64,000 nt of DNA, from positions 12,475 through 76,474 of IMG/VR virus record IMGVR_UViG_3300046028_006919; one strand, given 5' to 3'. The position numbers and the translations under genes are program-made. Of this stretch, positions 59,503-64,000 are shown piece after piece. This DNA is from a virus. The notes beneath the pieces were generated by a model. That model had not been told where the DNA came from. It was given only the letters and a program-made list of their open reading frames with translations, and did not search any database. Every line of letters starts with the position of its first letter. Within the stretch, counting starts at the first letter, position 1.

Positions 59503-59758
59503 ACAAAGTGAGCTTAGCCGCGATTCTGTTTTATCTCATCATTTATCTTCGCCACTACCCGTCTATCGTAGCAATCCAAGTTCCCTTGCTAAGACTGTAT
59601 GTGTTGCACCCCGTGTTGCGGTAGTAGTAACGAATGTTCAGATGTTCACTAAAGTATTTAAACTTAGGTTCCAGCCAACCGCTGCTTACTAATTCTCCTA
59701 CCTCTTGGAGAGATGTCGCGAACTTCCTCTGTTGCCAGCGATGAGTTCTCTGCTTTGT
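59503..59758 (-). ncRNA. rnpB: compact RNase P RNA
   Basis: P1 ACAAAG../..CTTTGT; P2 CTCATC/GATGAG; P3 CTG-GCAA-CAG; CR-I GAGGAAGTTCGCGA; P4 AGT(T)CGCGA/TCGCGGCT with bulged U; CR-IV AGATAAAT; CR-V ACAGAA. Confidence 0.85.
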
Positions 59759-59762
59759 TTTG

Positions 59763-59880
59763 TGGGGGCGGCTGGAATTGCACCAACGTTTTTCAAATTT
59801 ACAGTTTGGTTTTTGTGAATTAATTTGCTGCAAACATTCTTCATAAACAGAATGTGTTGTTCTAACATTTTAACACCCCC
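59763..59880 (-). ncRNA. tRNA-Tyr(GUA)-like RNA with the D arm replaced by an approximately 60-nt CAGCAA module
   Basis: GGGGGTG/CGCCCCC-A acceptor, CAAA-CTGTAAA-TTTG anticodon arm, AAAAC variable loop, GTTGG-TGCAATT-CCAGC T arm. Confidence 0.7.
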
Positions 59881-59892
59881 TTGTATTTTAAT

Positions 59893-60609
59893 TTATTCAC
59901 CAATTGAAATCCAATCTAGTTTTTCTCTTTTTTGCGAAAGGTTACCAGCACCATGAGTTCCTCTTAGGATAGCGTTTGATTTGTGATATTCAAACCATTT
60001 ATTTTTTAATTCATCACTTTTAAACGTTGAAAAAATACCGTTAATCTCTACCAACTCAATATCTTTAAAATTAATATTGTTTTCTTTTAAAAAATTAAAA
60101 ACTAAAACATCGAATGTCAATGGTGGTGTGTGGTCTATATGACATGTTTTTTTAGAAAAATTTATTCCTAATATCGGACATGTTAAATATGTTTTTTTTA
60201 CAAATATTTTTTCTCTAAACTCATTTATTTGTGATTTAACAATAAATCTCATACTTTTTTTTACATCAATACTATTTTCACTACCAACTGTTTTACCACT
60301 ATTAATATAACCAATAGTTTTATGATAAGAAAAATCGATTACACTCCCATCAACTCTATTTATTTGAAAATGTGGGTATTTAGCTAATTTATTTGTTAAA
60401 TCATCTCTATGATATTCAATTGAAATTGATTCAATTCCAGCCCCTACTTTTTTATCATACTCTATATGATATTTCAATAATTCACTTACGTCTTTAAAAT
60501 CACTATCATTTAAAGGTTTACTAACCTCTCTATTATTTAAAATAGATGCAAAATACTCTGTTATGTTTTTTTTACTCTTAAAAAATTGACCATTAATAAG
60601 ATACCCCAT
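59893..60609 (-). CDS. DCL/DUF3223 domain protein with HNH-like C-terminus
   Basis: LLKYH...KKVGAGI...DGSVIDFSYHK; CPILG...HIDH..P..F...N. Confidence 0.7.
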   Translation of the reverse strand: MGYLINGQFFKSKKNITEYFASILNNREVSKPLNDSDFKDVSELLKYHIEYDKKVGAGIESISIEYHRDDLTNKLAKYPHFQINRVDGSVIDFSYHKTIGYINSGKTVGSENSIDVKKSMRFIVKSQINEFREKIFVKKTYLTCPILGINFSKKTCHIDHTPPLTFDVLVFNFLKENNINFKDIELVEINGIFSTFKSDELKNKWFEYHKSNAILRGTHGAGNLSQKREKLDWISIGE

Positions 60610-60628
60610 ATTTATTATTTTTTATTAG

Positions 60629-60701
60629 AGCGGATGACGGGATTCGAACCCGCGACCTCTGCCTTGGCAAGGCAGCGCTCAACCAGCCGAGCTCCATCCG
60701 C
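60629..60701 (-). tRNA. tRNA-Gly(GCC)
   Basis: GCGGATG/CATCCGC-T; CTGCC-TTGCCAA-GGCAG; GCGGG-TTCGAAT-CCCGT. Confidence 0.95.
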
Positions 60702-60780
60702 ATACATGCCTCTCTCTGCATCCGTCACCTTATCCTGTGTTATTTAATTTCGGACGTTTAAGGTCACACCGACGTACTTC

Positions 60781-61587
60781 TTACCAATACCACCATCTAG
60801 CTTCGTTTCTGGTTCTGTATTTAAACTCGTAAAAGTCTTGACTCCAAGCGCTAGCACAAGCCCAGTTGGTCCAATCGCTATCAGTGACAAAATCCCTTTC
60901 AGTCATCTCATTACCTTGTTCTTTATGCCACTCGTGAGAGTCGTTGATAAAATCAGTATTGAGGTTTTTGATAAGAGCCATTTTGTCTTTGCGTCTGTTA
61001 GCTTTAGTTATGCGTTTTAAAAAATTAGAATAACCGTTTTCATTCCATGGTTTAATCTTATCTTCTAAAACCCATTTTTGGTCTTTAACAAAAGCTCGTT
61101 GGCTTTCCAGCTCACCATCAACCACTTTACGGTGGGTGATATAGCTATTTTTAATCTTCATTACCAAATAATAATCAGGGACATAAGGAACATAATAAAC
61201 ATATTCGTTACCCCAATTGTATTCGGTTCTTTTGTGAAGATGCTCTTGAACCCATGGCAAGAAACCATCGTATTCTTTTTGAGTCAATCTTCTAAATTTT
61301 GGTCTATTATCACTAACTTTACCTCTTTTGTTTTTGGTGTAAAATTCTGGTAATCTTGACCAAGGTTCTGATGCAAAATTATCAATAAAGTATTGATATA
61401 ACCAAGCTACTCTATCTTCTCGTTTTGCAACATCTTCTCTTAGCGTTAAGTAAGCATTGAAACCGTGATGTACTGGTTTTTCAAGCTCAACATAACCTAA
61501 ATTTTTGATAGCGGCATCAAGCTCACTTTCTCTTTCTCTTAACGCTAATAAGCGTTTGTAATCTTTGTGTTTTGTGTTTTTACTCAT
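60781..61587 (-). CDS. basic hypothetical protein of Bacteroidota type
   Basis: 268 aa; LGYVELEKPVHHGF...LREDV motif. Confidence 0.7.
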   Translation of the reverse strand: MSKNTKHKDYKRLLALRERESELDAAIKNLGYVELEKPVHHGFNAYLTLREDVAKREDRVAWLYQYFIDNFASEPWSRLPEFYTKNKRGKVSDNRPKFRRLTQKEYDGFLPWVQEHLHKRTEYNWGNEYVYYVPYVPDYYLVMKIKNSYITHRKVVDGELESQRAFVKDQKWVLEDKIKPWNENGYSNFLKRITKANRRKDKMALIKNLNTDFINDSHEWHKEQGNEMTERDFVTDSDWTNWACASAWSQDFYEFKYRTRNEARWWYW

Positions 61588-61649
61588 CGTTCTCGGTATA
61601 GGGAATTGACCCTTAGAACCTCGAACCTTTTAAAATTGCAATCATAATA

Positions 61650-61913
61650 CTATAAATTTATTTTACCTATTATTGTAAAACCCTTAGGTTTCCATTTTTC
61701 TTTTTCTTTGTCAGTTATCGTGTTGCCATTTTTACCAACATGAAATTTGTAACAACTTTTGCATTTATACGCCACTACCTTGAATTTTCTATCTGGTAAT
61801 GCGTTTACACTCTTAGCATGTTTGATAGCTTGTTCAAGCATATCAAATGGTTTCTTTGGTTTGTCAACCAACTGTCCATTTATTCTACTTACGATTTGAG
61901 TTGTACAATCCAT
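61650..61913 (-). CDS. small zinc-finger protein
   Basis: AYKCKSCYKFHVG; own promoter. Confidence 0.65.
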   Translation of the reverse strand: MDCTTQIVSRINGQLVDKPKKPFDMLEQAIKHAKSVNALPDRKFKVVAYKCKSCYKFHVGKNGNTITDKEKEKWKPKGFTIIGKINL

Positions 61914-61954
61914 AATTTGTAATTTATTAGAGTACAAATATACGAACTATTATT

Positions 61955-62143
61955 TTACTTACCAAACTTTTCTTCAGTTATTTTTCCAGAAACTTTTGAA
62001 AATTGATTAATAGTAAGACGATGTACTTCAAACGCTTCAGTTATTGCTACATAAGCATCTTCTAAATCACTTGCGTAAGTAACTATATCCAACTCTGGAA
62101 TAGTAATCTTAATAAAACCGTCTATACATTTTTCAATTAACAT
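61955..62143 (-). CDS. small HicB-N-like protein
   Basis: IPELDIVTYASDLEDAYVAITEA resembles the HicB partial RNase H fold. Confidence 0.5.
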   Translation of the reverse strand: MLIEKCIDGFIKITIPELDIVTYASDLEDAYVAITEAFEVHRLTINQFSKVSGKITEEKFGK

Positions 62144-62159
62144 TGTTTCTAAATTTTAG

Positions 62160-62231
62160 AGCACATAGACGGAACTGACCCGACAACTGAGGGTTACAAA
62201 TCCCCTATTTTTCCTGTTAAACTATACGTGC
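62160..62231 (-). tRNA. tRNA-Thr(TGT), divergent
   Basis: GCACGTA/TATGTGC-T; GGGGA-TTTGTAA-CCCTC; atypical T loop GTCAGTT. Confidence 0.75.
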
Positions 62232-62239
62232 ATATTTCG

Positions 62240-62321
62240 TGGGGCACACAGGATTCGAACCTGCTCAGCTTACGCACCGCTTTTACAGAGCGGCCCAACT
62301 CTCCTACGTTGGCGGTACCCC
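62240..62321 (-). tRNA. tRNA-Tyr(GTA)
   Basis: GGGGTAC/GTGCCCC-A; CCGCT-CTGTAAA-AGCGG; long variable arm; GCAGG-TTCGAAT-CCTGT. Confidence 0.9.
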
Positions 62322-62326
62322 AAATA

Positions 62327-62387
62327 GAACAGAGAGATATTGTTTCAAATTAAAAGTTTGTTTTTGTTAATTGCTGAAATCTCTCTT
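62327..62387 (-). ncRNA. small CAGCAA-module RNA displaying a tRNA-Lys(UUU)-like anticodon stem-loop
   Basis: AGAGAGAT/ATCTCTCT closing stem enclosing TTCAGCAATTAACAAAAA-CAAA-CTTTTAA-TTTG; homologous to 59794-59843. Confidence 0.65.
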
Positions 62388-62394
62388 TATCTTG

Positions 62395-62465
62395 TTAGGG
62401 TATAAGGAATTGAACCTTATCAGCAACTGTCAAAGAGTTGTATGCAACCATTACATCTTACCCCA
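62395..62465 (-). tRNA. tRNA-Gln(TTG)
   Basis: TGGGGTA/TACCCTA-A; CAACT-CTTTGAC-AGTTG; TAAGG-TTCAATT-CCTTA. Confidence 0.9.
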
Positions 62466-62468
62466 AAA

Positions 62469-62659
62469 TTTCTAATTCTACGCTTCCCACTTTTCAGGTG
62501 CTATGTATTAGTAACAGTCTGTCTTCGAGCGACTTACGGGATTCGAACCCGTCCTATTCCTGATTGGAAGTCAGGTGCCATGCCAGCTAGGCGAAAGTCG
62601 CAATTTTCTAATTCTACGCTTCGAGTTCTTCACGGTCTTCTATGAATTAGTAACAGTCT
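62469..62659 (-). repeat. two copies (62469-62520, 62605-62659) of AGACTGTTACTAAT-n-CATAG-variable-GAAGCGTAGAATTAGAAA
   Basis: direct repeat with constant ends and a variable core, each copy just 3' of a tRNA. Confidence 0.85.
62528..62601 (-). tRNA. tRNA-Gly(TCC)
   Basis: GCGACTT/AAGTCGC-T; CCTGA-CTTCCAA-TCAGG; ACGGG-TTCGAAT-CCCGT. Confidence 0.9.
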
Positions 62660-62667
62660 CTTCTCAG

Positions 62668-62754
62668 TCTAAAGGGTGGGATTCGAACCCACGGTGTTAT
62701 CTCTAACTCTTGCGTCCAAGGCAAGCGAGTCTAGCCATCTGCTCTAACCTCTAG
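62668..62754 (-). tRNA. tRNA-Pro(TGG) with a long variable arm
   Basis: CTAGAGG/CCTTTAG-A; CTTGC-CTTGGAC-GCAAG; variable GTTA-GAGA-TAAC; GTGGG-TTCGAAT-CCCAC. Confidence 0.85.
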
Positions 62755-62770
62755 TTTATATATTATTTTG

Positions 62771-62842
62771 TGACCCCAGAGAATTTTGAAATCTCGACTC
62801 CTCCGTTAAAAGCGGAGTGCTCTGCCTCTGAGCTATGAGGTC
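62771..62842 (-). tRNA. tRNA-Lys(TTT)
   Basis: GACCTCA/TGGGGTC-A; GCTC/GAGC D stem; CTCCG-CTTTTAA-CGGAG. Confidence 0.9.
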
Positions 62843-62862
62843 GTTTGTTAATTTTGTCGCAT

Positions 62863-62898
62863 AAAAAAACCCAGTTTAGATTTTACTCTGAACTGGGT
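62863..62898 (-). terminator. attenuator terminator (3:4 hairpin) ahead of the tRNA cluster
   Basis: ACCCAGTTCAGA-GTAAAA-TCTAAACTGGGT followed by U6, ending 20 nt before tRNA-Lys. Confidence 0.85.
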
Positions 62899-62923
62899 CT
62901 ATAATCTGTACTTACGTACTTGC

Positions 62924-63025
62924 TTATATTGTCGTCAAATCTAACAACTTGACATACCCAGTCACCTTGAACGGTTTCCCGCCTTTAGGTTGATATTGCG
63001 TTTGATATGTGGTTGTTTTTTTCAT
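62924..63025 (-). CDS. putative attenuator leader peptide MKKTTTYQTQYQPKGGKPFKVTGYVKLLDLTTI
   Basis: 33-codon ORF between promoter and terminator; codons 2-18 encode only K/T/Y/Q/P/G. Confidence 0.8.
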   Translation of the reverse strand: MKKTTTYQTQYQPKGGKPFKVTGYVKLLDLTTI

Positions 63026-63087
63026 TGTTGTTTATAAATATGTTGTTTTTTGTAAAAATTCTTTTTTATCTATTTTTAATTACATTG

Positions 63088-63119
63088 CAAAGATACTAAC
63101 TATTGTAATACAAGTCAAG
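63088..63119 (-). promoter_or_regulatory. promoter of the leader/tRNA operon
   Basis: CTTG (63116-63119), 20 nt, TATCTTTG (63088-63095). Confidence 0.8.
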
Positions 63120-63152
63120 TTTTTTTATTACTTTTTTTAAATTATTTTTTAA

Positions 63153-63632
63153 TTATCTGAATTTCAGTTTAATGTCTATTAATATTTTGTTAGGTGCGTT
63201 TTCTGTTCCGCCAAAATATGGGTTTAATTTATATCTAATTAAATCCCAAGTTGAGCTTCTTTTAGCGGCAACTACTGATTTATTTATTGTGATTTTATAA
63301 TAACCATCTAAAATATCAATCGAAAAATAATGTTGTTTGTTCGGTTCTACGTGTGTAATAGCAAAGATACTTCTTTTAGAGTTGTTATATATTATACCAA
63401 CAATTTCAACCATATCTGGGTATTTTGGGTTGTATCTCCAACCTATTCTAACACTATCTAAATGATGATGCCAGTTATCTGATAAACCAATTAATTTATT
63501 TGAATCTTTTTGTTTTTGAATTGAATACTTGTACCCATCAATAAAGGTAAAAACCCCAGTTATGGAGTCTTTGATAGTAAACGTTGGTGTCAACGTACTT
63601 CTATGTTTACCTTTATTGATTATATACGTCAT
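63153..63632 (-). CDS. hypothetical beta-rich protein
   Basis: NKLIG, SVRIGWR and LNPYFGG..AP motifs. Confidence 0.65.
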   Translation of the reverse strand: MTYIINKGKHRSTLTPTFTIKDSITGVFTFIDGYKYSIQKQKDSNKLIGLSDNWHHHLDSVRIGWRYNPKYPDMVEIVGIIYNNSKRSIFAITHVEPNKQHYFSIDILDGYYKITINKSVVAAKRSSTWDLIRYKLNPYFGGTENAPNKILIDIKLKFR

Positions 63633-63799
63633 TTTCTTCTAAATGAATTAATAGCTGAAATTGTTAATATTATAAAACTATACGCTATGTAAAGTCCACA
63701 TGGGATTAAAACATATTTTGACCATATTTCATTTTGAAATAATGATGTAATGAAACCAATTACGAATGCAGCTAACAATAAATATAAACTAACTTTCAT
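63629..63799 (-). CDS. small membrane protein
   Basis: two TM segments. Confidence 0.55.
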   Translation of the reverse strand: MKVSLYLLLAAFVIGFITSLFQNEIWSKYVLIPCGLYIAYSFIILTISAINSFRRK

Positions 63800-63800
63800 T

Positions 63801-64000
63801 TTATTTTTTAATTTTATTCGCATTTCTCTTAGCGATTCTATCTCTAAGTTTAGCTGCTAACTCGTAATTTTCTTCTTTTACAGCGCTAAGTAACTGAACC
63901 TCTAAAGGTATTCTAGTTTTCTTAGCTTCGATTTTTTGTTTAACAAAAGGAACATCTGAAATGATAGTCTTTATAACTTGACCATGTTTAGTGTTCCAAT
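63801..64000 (-). CDS. UvrB/UvrC (UVR) motif protein, 5' end outside the window
   Basis: LSAVKEENYELAAKLRDRI. Confidence 0.7.
   Translation of the reverse strand, partial: WNTKHGQVIKTIISDVPFVKQKIEAKKTRIPLEVQLLSAVKEENYELAAKLRDRIAKRNANKIKK

Noticed and set aside
59555-59833. 92-aa ORF from the track
   Set aside because: It overlaps the RNase P RNA and the tRNA-Tyr-like RNA, has a TTG start and no protein motifs; treated as spurious.
867-62645. Many short plus-strand ORFs in the track
   Set aside because: They are antisense shadows of well-supported minus-strand genes or tRNAs. Only 9704-10132, 40133-40285 and 40275-41111 have motifs and their own intergenic space.
62469-62659. Theta/HDV-like ribozymes 3' of tRNAs
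   Set aside because: A P2-like stem exists, but I could not find a P1 partner strand or the nested P3/P1.1 of the HDV fold.
1-64000. Stop-codon reassignment as in some large phages
   Set aside because: Recognisable genes are full length in code 11, TAG and TGA are used as genuine stops, and no suppressor tRNA is seen.

Overview
AT-rich segment of a large (jumbo-type) dsDNA phage genome, almost entirely coded on the minus strand in standard code 11. The host is most likely a Bacteroidota bacterium, because dozens of genes carry the TTTG-N20-TAnnTTTG housekeeping promoter and no Shine-Dalgarno sequence. From 1 to 27 kb there are small, largely promoter-per-gene hypothetical genes. These include a 20-member tandem array of 54-82 aa MORN-variant-like mini-genes chained by an 11-nt ATGCnAGATAA start/stop overlap, and a domain bounded by integron-cassette-like ends. 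From 28 to 57 kb are host-takeover and metabolic genes: sigma-70, SmpB, RNase R, IF3, Smr, Thg1, Prs, Sir2, macro domain, NADAR, NAMPT, NMNAT-Nudix, DHFR, YqeY, phosphoesterases and HADs. Free-standing HNH, LAGLIDADG and GIY-YIG endonucleases and a cluster of tRNA-shell RNAs (about 31.4-32 kb) are also present. From 59.5 to 63 kb is an RNA operon: seven tRNAs, a compact RNase P RNA, a tRNA-Tyr-like chimera and anticodon-loop mimic RNAs. The best candidate for an undescribed system lies at the head of the tRNA cluster. It is a 33-codon leader peptide whose codons 2-18 encode only K, T, Y, Q, P and G, exactly the amino acids of the downstream tRNAs. It is followed by mutually exclusive 1:2, 2:3 and 3:4 hairpins and a U-tract terminator. 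This looks like a ribosome-stalling attenuator that would switch on the phage's backup tRNAs when host tRNAs are depleted. All structures were derived by eye; no searches or folding programs were run.
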